The notes beneath the pieces are model-generated. The model was given only the letters and a program-made list of their open reading frames with translations. It was not told the DNA's origin and made no database searches. A stretch of 47,854 nt of DNA from Syntrophomonas sp. (lineage in GTDB: Bacteria > Bacillota > Syntrophomonadia > Syntrophomonadales > Syntrophomonadaceae), in contig PWPP01000007.1 in assembly GCA_003558625.1 (NCBI GenBank), positions 1 to 47,854 of the forward strand, in the 5' to 3' direction. This document shows, one piece after another, positions 27,821 through 36,999 of the stretch. Each line of letters begins with the position of its first letter. The first letter of the stretch is position 1. Position numbers and translations under genes: made by a program.

Positions 27821-29242
27821 TTGGAACCAATGAATAAAAAAACGAAAACCACATGGTTGATCTCGATTCTTCTGGGGTTGACAGTGCTTTTGGGCTTATT
27901 ATCGTATCAACTGCTTTACAAAAATGTTTCCTTTATGTCCGGGGTGAAAATTGCTGAAGTTCCCGTGGCAGGATACACTCCCGATGAAGCAGCAGTGATA
28001 GTGACCGCCTGGCTGGAAAATGCCTACCACAGTCCGGTCATATTGCATTATAATGAATATTCTACCCAACTGTTTTTAAAGGAGATATGCAATCCGGAAG
28101 ATGCCGACCAGATTATACAAAAAGTATGGGAGCAGGAAAAAAACCGCAACCTTCTATCCCGAATTCCGGGTCTCAACAGGAACCAGAAAATGCATTATCC
28201 TTTATCTATAACCCCGGATAAAGAAAAATTGGTCATAATCAAGGACAAATTAGATCAACAGCTGGCCCAGCCTTATGTAAACGCCCGCTTGGAAGTAGAT
28301 CCGGGCCGGGGACTGTTGATTATCCCAGGAGAAGATGGCCGTGAGGTTGATATTGAAGCCACCATGGCCCAGCTACCGTCAGAACTGAAAATCTTTACCG
28401 AATTGAAACTGCCCGTAGTTATGGCAAATAAGCCGCAACAGGTTAATGCACAGGATTTAAAGGTCATGGGGGAATTATCCCATTTTACCACCTGGTTTAA
28501 TCCCAATGAGGTTAACCGGACCCACAATCTTAAGATTGCGGCCGGCACCATCAACAATACCCTTTTAATGCCGGGAGAAATATTTTCCTTCAATAATATC
28601 GTGGGGAGACGCAGTGTCGATCGGGGTTACCGGGAAGCACTGATCATTATCGGAGGGAAATTTGAACCGGGTCTGGCCGGAGGAATATGCCAGGTATCTT
28701 CTACTCTTTATAATACTGCTCTTTTAGCCGGACTGGAAATAGTGGAAAGACACAACCATTCCCTGGCCATTGCCTATGTACCCTTAGGTAGAGATGCCAC
28801 AGTAACCTATGGCCTCCAGGACTTGAAATTTCGTAATAACAGTGAACACCCATTATACCTCAGGGCGGTTGTTTCCGGCAGCAGTATAACCATGAACGTT
28901 TACGGCCATGAGAAGGATAAGCAGCGTATAGAATTAAGCCATGTTGTGGATGGGGTCATAGATTATGAGACCCGGAGGGAGTTGGATCCCAAATTAAACC
29001 CGGGGCAGGAAATTGTCGATACAGCAGGCAACAAAGGGTATATCGTCCGCTCCTTTCGTACTTTTTTTGATGCCCATGGCCAGGTCGTAAAAACGGAACA
29101 GCTGGCCCGGGACCAATACCGTCCCCTGCACAGGGTAATTAAACACGGTCCGGAGTTGCCGCAAAAGGATGGGAGTGGCGAAGGCTTACCTCCAGAAGAC
29201 ATCGTGGAGAGACCGGGAACCCCAAACACCATAAATGAATAG
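27821..29242 (+). CDS. VanW-family protein with an N-terminal membrane anchor
   Basis: A TM helix (TWLISILLGLTVLLGLL) and the VanW core GGICQVSSTLYNTALLAGLEIVERHNHS. The TTG at 27821 lies 6 nt after GGAGGA. The ATG at 27830 and the track start at 27794 are alternatives. Confidence 0.85.
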   Translation: MEPMNKKTKTTWLISILLGLTVLLGLLSYQLLYKNVSFMSGVKIAEVPVAGYTPDEAAVIVTAWLENAYHSPVILHYNEYSTQLFLKEICNPEDADQIIQKVWEQEKNRNLLSRIPGLNRNQKMHYPLSITPDKEKLVIIKDKLDQQLAQPYVNARLEVDPGRGLLIIPGEDGREVDIEATMAQLPSELKIFTELKLPVVMANKPQQVNAQDLKVMGELSHFTTWFNPNEVNRTHNLKIAAGTINNTLLMPGEIFSFNNIVGRRSVDRGYREALIIIGGKFEPGLAGGICQVSSTLYNTALLAGLEIVERHNHSLAIAYVPLGRDATVTYGLQDLKFRNNSEHPLYLRAVVSGSSITMNVYGHEKDKQRIELSHVVDGVIDYETRRELDPKLNPGQEIVDTAGNKGYIVRSFRTFFDAHGQVVKTEQLARDQYRPLHRVIKHGPELPQKDGSGEGLPPEDIVERPGTPNTINE

Positions 29243-29382
29243 TGCAAAGAAGGCTTCCCAGGACATGACCGGATTAGAACCGCTCCCACAGTATCGCGGC
29301 TACCGGCTACAATCAGAATAAGTGATATCGCTTTTGCTTTGGTTTTTAACCCGGAAACCGGTAACAATAAAACAGGAAAGGG

Positions 29383-30417
29383 ATGTTAATAATTACTCGA
29401 GCCCCAAGACCAAAAAAAAGAAAACTTTTAGGACTATTTGGTTTATTGTCCCTAATGCTGTTGGTATGGTGGGGAATGGAAATAGGACAGCAGCAATATG
29501 GGCCGGTAGATCCTGCCGATACTACTTACCATGAAGTTGTCATACCTGCAGGAAGTACAGCCAAAGAGATCGCCGCAATACTTAAGGAAAAAGAGTTGAT
29601 TTTCAATGAAAACACGTTTCTGCGCTTCTGCAAAAAGGAGAAAATCGATAATCGCTTGAGGCCTGGCAGATACCAGTTTAAGCGTTCACAATCCCTGGAG
29701 GATATTGCCTTTGCCTTAGCCCGGGGAGATATCATGATGATAAGATTAACCATCCCGGAAGGATATAGCATGGATCAGATCGCCCGCCTGGTGGAAGAAA
29801 AGGAAATCTGCACCCGGGAAGAATGGGAAGAAGCCGTCAATGCAGAGTATGACCTTCCTTTCCTGCATCATATTCCTGCCCAAGAAAAACCATTGGAAGG
29901 ATTTCTTTATCCCGATACCTATATCATTACGGATGATACCAATGCCCCCCAGCTGGTAAAAATGATACTGGAGAATTTTCAAAAACAATGGGATACACTA
30001 TTTGCTGCGCAAGCACAAAAAAAGGGAATGGACATATATGATTGCATCATAATCGCTTCGTTAATCGAAAAAGAGGCCCGGGTGCCTGGGGAAAGAGAGA
30101 CTATTTCCGGGGTCATTCGCAATCGCCTTGAGATCGGGCAGAAACTTCAGATTGATGCCAGTGTCCTTTATAGCCTGGGGGAACACCGGGAAGTGGTATA
30201 TTATTCAGACCTGGAGGTGGATTCACCCTATAATACTTATAAATATGGGGGACTTCCCCCGGGGCCTATTGCTTCCCCCGGGGCGGCCTCTATTTCAGCC
30301 GCCCTGAACCCGGAGAATCATTCCTATTATTACTATGTCGCCCGGGGTGATGGCAGCCACCATTTTTCCAGAACCTATGCCGAGCATCTTCGGGCAATAA
30401 AAAAGCATATGAATTAA
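29383..30417 (+). CDS. mltG: Endolytic murein transglycosylase (YceG family)
   Basis: 344 aa. N-terminal TM helix, then ASLIEKEARVPGERETISGVIRNRL, LQIDASVLY and SPYNTYKYGGLPPGPIASPG. Confidence 0.92.
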   Translation: MLIITRAPRPKKRKLLGLFGLLSLMLLVWWGMEIGQQQYGPVDPADTTYHEVVIPAGSTAKEIAAILKEKELIFNENTFLRFCKKEKIDNRLRPGRYQFKRSQSLEDIAFALARGDIMMIRLTIPEGYSMDQIARLVEEKEICTREEWEEAVNAEYDLPFLHHIPAQEKPLEGFLYPDTYIITDDTNAPQLVKMILENFQKQWDTLFAAQAQKKGMDIYDCIIIASLIEKEARVPGERETISGVIRNRLEIGQKLQIDASVLYSLGEHREVVYYSDLEVDSPYNTYKYGGLPPGPIASPGAASISAALNPENHSYYYYVARGDGSHHFSRTYAEHLRAIKKHMN

Positions 30418-30431
30418 GAACGTGGATAAAC

Positions 30432-31658
30432 ATGAACAAACCTGAGCTGGTACTGCCGGCGGGAAACCTGGAAAAATTAAAAATCGCGTATTTATTTGGA
30501 GCCGATGCCGTATACCTGGGAGGAGAAAATTTCAGTTTGCGGTCCGGAGCTGATAATTTCACGCCTGAGGAGATCAAAACGGCCATAAATGTTGCCGCTG
30601 AAGAAGGGAAAAAAGCCTATATTGCCCTTAATATATTGGCCCACAACCGTGATTTAGAGCCATTAATCCCCTATATTGAAATGCTGGGGGACTATAAACC
30701 CCATGGGTTTATCATATCCGATCCCGGAGTATTAATGATGGCCCGGAAATATGCCCCCTTGATCCCCATAACCGTAAGTACCCAGGCCAATGTTACCAAT
30801 TATGCTGCTGCCCGGTTTTACCAGGATTTAGGGGTAAAAAGGATTGTGTTAGCCCGGGAACTATCCCTGGACGAAATAGCCCAGATTAAAGAACACGTTG
30901 CGGTAGAACTGGAAGTATTTATTCACGGTGCAATGTGTGTTTCATATTCCGGACGCTGTTTGTTGTCCCAGTATATGACTGGAAGAAGTGCCAACCTGGG
31001 TTTATGTGCCCATCCCTGCCGATATTCCTATACCCTGATGGAAGAGAAGCGTCCCGGAGAATACTATAGTCTGGAAGAAGACGCTCGTGGCACATATATT
31101 TTAAATTCCCGGGATCTTTGTTTGCTGGCTTACCTACCCCGGCTTGTGGAGATCGGGGTTGATGCCTTTAAAATCGAAGGCAGAATGAAAAGCCCCTTGT
31201 ACGTAGCGGTTACTGCCCAAACTTACCGGCAAGCCATAGATGTTACCTTTGAAATACGGGAAGAACTTTGGGAATATAATCTGGAGTATTGGCAACAGCA
31301 ACTGAAAAAAGTGGCCACCCGGCCTTTTACCACAGGGTTTATCACGGGAGAGGCCGGGATCATGCAGGATGACAATAAAGAACCAAGCAGGGAGCGGACA
31401 GAATTTTGTGGCTTGGTCCGGGGATATGATGCCAACATGATTGTGATCGAACAGCGGGCAAATTTTGGGTGTGGTGACAAAATAGAACTGCTATTGCCTG
31501 ACGGTACCATAATAGCCAAAATCATTACGGAACTATATGATGAACAGGGCTTATCCATCGACCGGGCCCGTCATCCCCAGCAGACGGTAAAATTACCGGC
31601 TGAGGCCCCGGTGCCCCTGTATACCATAGTAAGGAAAGTGGGTAATGAAAAAAACTGA
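30432..31658 (+). CDS. Peptidase U32 family protein (YrrO-like)
   Basis: 408 aa. PELVLPAGN N-terminus and the family signature EVFIHGAMCVSYSGRCLLS. Confidence 0.9.
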   Translation: MNKPELVLPAGNLEKLKIAYLFGADAVYLGGENFSLRSGADNFTPEEIKTAINVAAEEGKKAYIALNILAHNRDLEPLIPYIEMLGDYKPHGFIISDPGVLMMARKYAPLIPITVSTQANVTNYAAARFYQDLGVKRIVLARELSLDEIAQIKEHVAVELEVFIHGAMCVSYSGRCLLSQYMTGRSANLGLCAHPCRYSYTLMEEKRPGEYYSLEEDARGTYILNSRDLCLLAYLPRLVEIGVDAFKIEGRMKSPLYVAVTAQTYRQAIDVTFEIREELWEYNLEYWQQQLKKVATRPFTTGFITGEAGIMQDDNKEPSRERTEFCGLVRGYDANMIVIEQRANFGCGDKIELLLPDGTIIAKIITELYDEQGLSIDRARHPQQTVKLPAEAPVPLYTIVRKVGNEKN

Positions 31659-31854
31659 TCGGATATACGCGCGAATATCTTTAAAAAATATAGATATGCT
31701 GACCAAAATCATAGAAGGCTATGATCACTTGGGCATTGTATCAACCGTCAATGGCCATGCAGGCCTGGTCGTCGTTAGAGTAACACCTGATACCTGCCAG
31801 GAAATCAGGCAAATCTTAGAACACCTGCCCTTTCCTATTGAGATTGTCTCCTGA
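31645..31854 (+). CDS. Small conserved protein (DUF4911-like)
   Basis: 69 aa. Overlaps the U32 gene 3' end by 14 nt. The pattern YARISLKNIDMLTKIIEGYDHLGIVSTV resembles a short family I recall downstream of U32 genes. The family assignment is from memory only. Confidence 0.45.
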   Translation: MKKTDRIYARISLKNIDMLTKIIEGYDHLGIVSTVNGHAGLVVVRVTPDTCQEIRQILEHLPFPIEIVS

Positions 31855-34489
31855 TCCCCCTATTGGCCCCGGGCTCATCCTCATAGTAGAGGCTCAGTTC
31901 ACGCTGCTCCAGATTAATATCCAGGTATAATTCCTGATGATTTTGCTCTAAGTCGATCCATTTGATTACCTTTTCCCATTCTTTCCATTGAGGTAGTTCC
32001 TGGCCCAAGTGGTTAGGGGATGCATCCAGAAAATGGGTATTGAATCTGACCCCTTCCTTCTCCGGAAAGATGGCGGCATATATTATTTCCGTTTCGATCA
32101 GGTCCTGAAAAAAATGGGTGCCATAAGACAGTTCCGGCATAAGGCCTTTCTCCTGATAAGCCACTTCAACCAAGAGCCTGATATGGCTGATTTCGGCAAA
32201 AGAAACCGGTACTCCCAGTGAGGGGGTACTGGTCCCCCAGCGCCCCGGCCCGATCAGAACCGATGGATGGCTTTTTTGGTTGCCCACCACCCGGTTAAGC
32301 ATTCCGATAATCCTTGCTGCCTGGTATTTGTCCTGGGTATTTAAAGATAAATAGTCTTCCGCCCTAAGATAGATAATATAGCGCATTTTTTCATAAACAC
32401 TGGGTCCCATGAAATTGCCCCGGGTCGCCAGAAAGATATTTTCCTCTTTGACTTCCCTGGTTCCCTGTGGTTTGATCGATTTCAAATGGGTCTGGAGAGG
32501 ACGGCACTGGAGAAGATTAAGCTGCAGAGTACCCTCCGGGGTAAAATTGGCGGTGAATTCTGTATCAACCGGATAAGCATAGGCATCTTCTATGGTTTTT
32601 AACATGTTCCTGAGGAGAGCCGCCAGAGGGGTTTGCCGTAGCAGGTTATGAAGACTCAAAGTCCAGATATCCTGATGGGGGTAATTCAACTCCCGCAGCT
32701 TCTGGCTGCCTTCCCGGTCATAATCCGCCAGGAGATTCCAGCAGGAGGGGCGGTTAGAAGGCAGTGCGATCTGGTCTACACTTACGGTATCAATATCATT
32801 TTTTACCGTGTCCAGGACATCTACCCAGTGCTGGGAAAACCTTTTGATTTCTTCGGGTGTGGATAGAGGGCGCAGCAACGGTTTGTCCAGGGCCAAAACC
32901 CGGGGATAATCATCTTCTACCCGGTCGACAGCCCGGGTACCCAGCCCTACTACCAATCTGGCCATTCCCGCTCCGGGATCTAGTTCCTGGTTCCAGATAT
33001 AGGGATTGTGAGACATGGCTACTCCGGCCAGATCAGGGAAGAAATAGCGGGAATGGTAAGAGCCGGAAACTCTCTGTACCAGCAGGGCCATTTGTTCATC
33101 GCATCGGGCCAGGCCTCTTTGGGAGCGGTAAATCAAAGCATCCTGGCTCATGGTAGAGGCAAAAACCGTTTTCACCGCATCCTGGAAGACCTGGTAACGT
33201 TCCTGGGGGTTGCCCTGGTTTACACAGAAAACACTGTCATATTTACCGGCAAAGGCATTTCCGAACCCGTCTTCCAGCAAACTGCTTGACCTGATGATGA
33301 TAGGTGATTGTCCAAAGTACTCCAGCATTTGCTGAAATTGTTCCTTGATTAAAGCGGGCAGCTCTCCTTCCAAAATACGTTCTTGAATTTCGGCTGCAGC
33401 GGTGAAGTAATGATCCTCTTCTTTTTGTTTCATACGCAGTTTCCAGCAATCTTTTTCCACCAGGTAAGTATAATATACATCTGAACCCACATAAAAAGAA
33501 TCGTGGGGCTCCAGAATCTCGTGCCATTTTTGCTCTTCCCGGGCCAGCAGAATCTTGCGTGCAATGAGCATCCCTACGGCTTTTCCACCGATATAGCCAG
33601 ATCCGATTAGCCTTTGCCGGATATCGAGAAGATCCTTAAGGGTAAAATATTTTTTGGCCAAATCCAGCACCCGCTTTTCCCGGCCGATGATCATGCGGCA
33701 TAATTGGTCTATCAGGGGATCCATCACATCTCTGGCCTCGTTACCCGTTTGAGCTGCATCCTCCCACTTCTCCCGGGCCCTTAGAAACACCTTATCCCAA
33801 TAATCCAGCTTTAACCCGGCACTGTCCGAACCAAAGGGCTGAACCTGAGAAAGAAGGCGGGTGGTTTCCATGCTGCTGGTTAATGGCAGAAAATTACCGT
33901 GGTATTCCAGGTGGGGTAAAAACATGGTTTTGGAGTAGCGGTTCCACACCTTCAGGGGATGAACATAAAGATTGGTTTCATAGCGATAAACATCCAGCAG
34001 AAGCTGGGTGGTCTCCCTGATCCGGTTTAGGGTTTGGTGAGAATTGCGGCCTTTAAGGATACCAAAATAGGCAATGGTATCCAACTCAAATAAATAGGGA
34101 CAGGTAACCCGGAAAAAATTCCCAATCATCAGGTCGTTGGACCAGGCAGAAAGCAAATCGGAAAGACAGTCAAAAACATAATAAGCACCGGTTCCTTCAG
34201 CGGTAGCAATTGAATAGATGCGGGAAGAAAAGGTTTCAAAGCCAATGCCGGCATCCAGCTGGAAACGTTTTACCTGGGGACAGGGTGCAACAATTTCCTG
34301 ATGCTCCCCAAAGCGGAAATAGATGATATTGCGGGCTTCCTTAATGCCCTGGTCCACGAAAGGAGCGACAAAATGGATATAATCCTCGATATGATTAAAT
34401 TGCCAGACTACATTGTCGCCCAGATGCAGATAATCCAATATCTCATCTAATCCGGGCAGACCGGTAGAATATTTATCCATGTTATGCAT
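31835..34489 (-). CDS. PEP/pyruvate-binding (PPDK_N ATP-grasp) domain protein with a degenerate KaiC/RecA-like N-terminal segment and no phosphohistidine swivel domain
   Basis: 884 aa. The central part carries GGKAVGML, IIIRSSSLLEDGFGNAFAGKYDS, MALLVQRV, VDTEFT and LLQCRPL, colinear with the nucleotide-binding domain of PEP synthase/PPDK. The N-terminal TGLPGLDEILDYLHLGDNVVWQ resembles the pre-P-loop segment of KaiC/RadA-like ATPases but has no GxxGxGK[ST]. There is no TSHAA-type His motif. Confidence 0.7.
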   Translation of the reverse strand: MHNMDKYSTGLPGLDEILDYLHLGDNVVWQFNHIEDYIHFVAPFVDQGIKEARNIIYFRFGEHQEIVAPCPQVKRFQLDAGIGFETFSSRIYSIATAEGTGAYYVFDCLSDLLSAWSNDLMIGNFFRVTCPYLFELDTIAYFGILKGRNSHQTLNRIRETTQLLLDVYRYETNLYVHPLKVWNRYSKTMFLPHLEYHGNFLPLTSSMETTRLLSQVQPFGSDSAGLKLDYWDKVFLRAREKWEDAAQTGNEARDVMDPLIDQLCRMIIGREKRVLDLAKKYFTLKDLLDIRQRLIGSGYIGGKAVGMLIARKILLAREEQKWHEILEPHDSFYVGSDVYYTYLVEKDCWKLRMKQKEEDHYFTAAAEIQERILEGELPALIKEQFQQMLEYFGQSPIIIRSSSLLEDGFGNAFAGKYDSVFCVNQGNPQERYQVFQDAVKTVFASTMSQDALIYRSQRGLARCDEQMALLVQRVSGSYHSRYFFPDLAGVAMSHNPYIWNQELDPGAGMARLVVGLGTRAVDRVEDDYPRVLALDKPLLRPLSTPEEIKRFSQHWVDVLDTVKNDIDTVSVDQIALPSNRPSCWNLLADYDREGSQKLRELNYPHQDIWTLSLHNLLRQTPLAALLRNMLKTIEDAYAYPVDTEFTANFTPEGTLQLNLLQCRPLQTHLKSIKPQGTREVKEENIFLATRGNFMGPSVYEKMRYIIYLRAEDYLSLNTQDKYQAARIIGMLNRVVGNQKSHPSVLIGPGRWGTSTPSLGVPVSFAEISHIRLLVEVAYQEKGLMPELSYGTHFFQDLIETEIIYAAIFPEKEGVRFNTHFLDASPNHLGQELPQWKEWEKVIKWIDLEQNHQELYLDINLEQRELSLYYEDEPGANRGIRRQSQ

Positions 34490-34741
34490 AGATCCGTACC
34501 TCCTATTTTGGGGTGTTAAATGTCGGGTTTCTTGCTAAAGAAACAAAAAGGTTCCCAACACCGCGCAGGGTTAGGAACCTCATTGCCCCAAATAATTCAT
34601 TACCTATACTTTATCATGGTGGTGCAGGTCAGACAAGCAAGCCTTGAGTATACAATATTCCTGCTTAAAGACGCTTGTTTTTTAGCCGGTAAATTTGTAA
34701 AATAATATTGTAATTGAATAACAAAATAACTAGGGGATAAA

Positions 34742-34795
34742 GGCGTCCGTGACTATGAGAAAAAATATTGTCATAGTTTGGATGCCTTTTTTTTT
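34742..34795 (+). terminator. Leader intrinsic terminator/attenuator upstream of the ANTAR regulator-glnA unit
   Basis: Composite hairpin. The outer stem GGCGTCC/GGATGCC is 7 bp including one G-U pair. The inner stem ACTATGA/TCATAGT is 7 bp. Nine consecutive T (34787-34795) follow, ending 20 nt before the ATG at 34816. Confidence 0.6.
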
Positions 34796-34815
34796 AAGGC
34801 AGGTGATGAGGAATT

Positions 34816-35376
34816 ATGCCGGGAGCGAAAATTATCATAGCCGACAGCCATGTGAAAAAAAGGCAGAGATTAAAGGAAATACTAAACCAGGGAGGATACC
34901 AGGTTCAGGCCGAAGTTGCCAGTATTCCAGATCTGCTCCGAAAAGCAAGAAGGTTGCTGCCGGACTTGGTGATTTTGGACAGTGAGCTTGAAGGGGGCAG
35001 TGTATATGAAATAGCCAATATCATCGAGGATGATAACCTGGGCAGCATCATAATCCTGAGTGATTACTACAAAAAAAGCCAGTATTATGAGTATCCCCAT
35101 ATAGCCGGCCCTATTAGCCCGGAGAACCTCTTGCCGATGGTGGAAGTTTGTCTTCTTTACCAGAAAAAAATCACCATTATGCGCCAGGAGGTTGAAAGAC
35201 TAAAAGAGGACTTGACCAGTCGCAGAGTAATTGAGAAAGCCAAAGGCATTGTGATGGAGAAATTTTCCCTGACCGAACCCGAAGCGTATCGCCGGATGCA
35301 AAAAATAAGTATGGACAAATCCATCCCCATGAAAGAACTGGCCCAGGCCATTATCTTTAAAGATGAAGGAATTTAA
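34816..35376 (+). CDS. ANTAR-domain response regulator (RNA-binding antiterminator)
   Basis: 186 aa. Receiver-like N-terminal half (IIIADS..., [14 protein letters not shown]). C-terminal ANTAR helices [45 protein letters not shown]. Confidence 0.88.
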   Translation: MPGAKIIIADSHVKKRQRLKEILNQGGYQVQAEVASIPDLLRKARRLLPDLVILDSELEGGSVYEIANIIEDDNLGSIIILSDYYKKSQYYEYPHIAGPISPENLLPMVEVCLLYQKKITIMRQEVERLKEDLTSRRVIEKAKGIVMEKFSLTEPEAYRRMQKISMDKSIPMKELAQAIIFKDEGI

Positions 35377-35407
35377 TGTGAGAAAGTTAAATAAAGGAGT
35401 GAATGAT

Positions 35408-36739
35408 ATGAACGAGAGCAAAAAGAACCGGATTATGGAAATTGTGAAAGAAAAAGACGTGAAGTTTATCCGCCTTCAGTTTACGGATGTGCCGGGTACA
35501 TTAAAAAACATGGCGATTCCGGTGAGCCAGCTGGAAAAAGCCCTGGATGGGGAAATCATGTTTGACGGGTCATCAATCAGCGGTTTTGCCGACATCTCTG
35601 AGTCTGATATGTATTTGGTGCCGGATCTCGATACCTTTGTCATCTTTCCCTGGAGATCATCTGTAGGCAAAGTGGCACGCTTCATTTGTGATGTATATAC
35701 TCCCGAGGGAGAACCCTATGCCGGGTGCCCCCGAAACAATTTGAAAAGAGTATTAAAAGAACTCCATGCCATGGGTTATAAAATGAATGTGGGTCCGGAA
35801 GCAGAATTTTTTCTCTTTCTGACGGATGAAAACGGGAAAGCCACTACCAATACCCATGATGAGGCAGGGTATTTTGATCTGGCTCCCATGGATCTGGGGG
35901 AAAATGCGCGCCGTGATATGGATGTGACCCTGGAGGAAATGGGGTTTGAAATCGAGGCATCCCATCATGAAGTGGCTCCCGGGCAGCATGAAATTGATTT
36001 TAAATATAGTGATGCCCTGAACATTGCCGATGCCATTATGACTTTCAAATTAACTGTAAGATCTATTGCCCAGAGACACGGCCTCCATGCATCATTTATG
36101 CCCAAACCTCTGTATGGGGTAAATGGTTCCGGGATGCATACCCACCAATCCCTGTTTAAGGATGGAGAAAACATATTCTATGATGCCAGTGATCCCGATG
36201 GCTTAAGCCAGGAAGCCCGTTTTTACATGGGAGGGATCTTGAAACATGCCCGGGCGATGTCGGCTATTACCAATCCGACGGTAAATTCCTACAAGCGGCT
36301 GGTGCCTGGTTATGAAGCGCCGGTCTATGTTGCCTGGTCCGGGCGCAATCGCAGCTGCCTTATCCGGGTTCCGGCCAAAAGGGGCATGAGTACCCGGATC
36401 GAACTAAGAAACCCGGATCCGAGCTGCAACCCCTATCTGGCTATTGCGGTTATGTTGAAAGCGGGACTGGATGGCATTTTAAACCAGATCCCCTGTCCTC
36501 CTCCGGTGGATAAAAACATTTATAAAATGGAAGAAGAAGAACGCCTGGCCCAGGGCATCCAATGTCTTCCCGGCAGCCTGTATGAAGCGTTGCAGGAAAT
36601 GAGTGGCGACGCATTAATTAAGAGCGCCCTGAACGATCATTTATATGAAAAATTCATTGAAGGTAGAATGGAAGAATGGAAAGAATATAACATCCAGGTA
36701 ACTCCATGGGAACTGAACCAATATCTGACCCGTATTTAA
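35408..36739 (+). CDS. glnA: Glutamine synthetase type I
   Basis: About 443 aa from the ATG at 35408, which has AAAGGAG 8 nt upstream. [30 protein letters not shown] and [13 protein letters not shown] motifs. Confidence 0.95.
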   Translation: MNESKKNRIMEIVKEKDVKFIRLQFTDVPGTLKNMAIPVSQLEKALDGEIMFDGSSISGFADISESDMYLVPDLDTFVIFPWRSSVGKVARFICDVYTPEGEPYAGCPRNNLKRVLKELHAMGYKMNVGPEAEFFLFLTDENGKATTNTHDEAGYFDLAPMDLGENARRDMDVTLEEMGFEIEASHHEVAPGQHEIDFKYSDALNIADAIMTFKLTVRSIAQRHGLHASFMPKPLYGVNGSGMHTHQSLFKDGENIFYDASDPDGLSQEARFYMGGILKHARAMSAITNPTVNSYKRLVPGYEAPVYVAWSGRNRSCLIRVPAKRGMSTRIELRNPDPSCNPYLAIAVMLKAGLDGILNQIPCPPPVDKNIYKMEEEERLAQGIQCLPGSLYEALQEMSGDALIKSALNDHLYEKFIEGRMEEWKEYNIQVTPWELNQYLTRI

Positions 36740-36776
36740 ACAGGGGCGCAGGCCCTGCCGGTAAGAACGTCATTAA

Positions 36777-36804
36777 CTGCCAGAAGGGTTGGCCCTTCTG
36801 GCAG
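36777..36804 (+). terminator. glnA terminator hairpin
   Basis: Perfect 12-bp stem CTGCCAGAAGGG/CCCTTCTGGCAG with a TTGG loop, 38 nt after the glnA stop. The U-tail is weak (TATTCAT). Confidence 0.5.
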
Positions 36805-36948
36805 TATTCATGATAGCCTTCAAAAGCTTTAATGTTGCTCATCTGAGGATAGGGATTTCTTAATCCGCTTGGGGGAGAAAAATGTATACATAATATATCA
36901 TGGCGGCATCTTGTTTTTTAGCGGAATGTTTAATAAAATTAATGTGGA

Positions 36949-36999
36949 TGATGCAAAGAAGCATCAGTAACAAGAGAAAAAATATGGGCAAAGAAGTCC
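36949..36999 (+). promoter_or_regulatory. Candidate ANTAR target: two hairpins with identical AAAGAA hexaloops
   Basis: P1 is TGATGC-AAAGAA-GCATCA (36949-36966, 6 bp). P2 is GGGC-AAAGAA-GTCC (36986-36999, 4 bp including one G-U). The 9-mer GCAAAGAAG occurs at 36953 and 36988. Both loops have A at position 1 and G at position 4, as described for ANTAR substrates. The P2 3' arm shares nucleotides with the terminator 5' arm. Confidence 0.5.
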
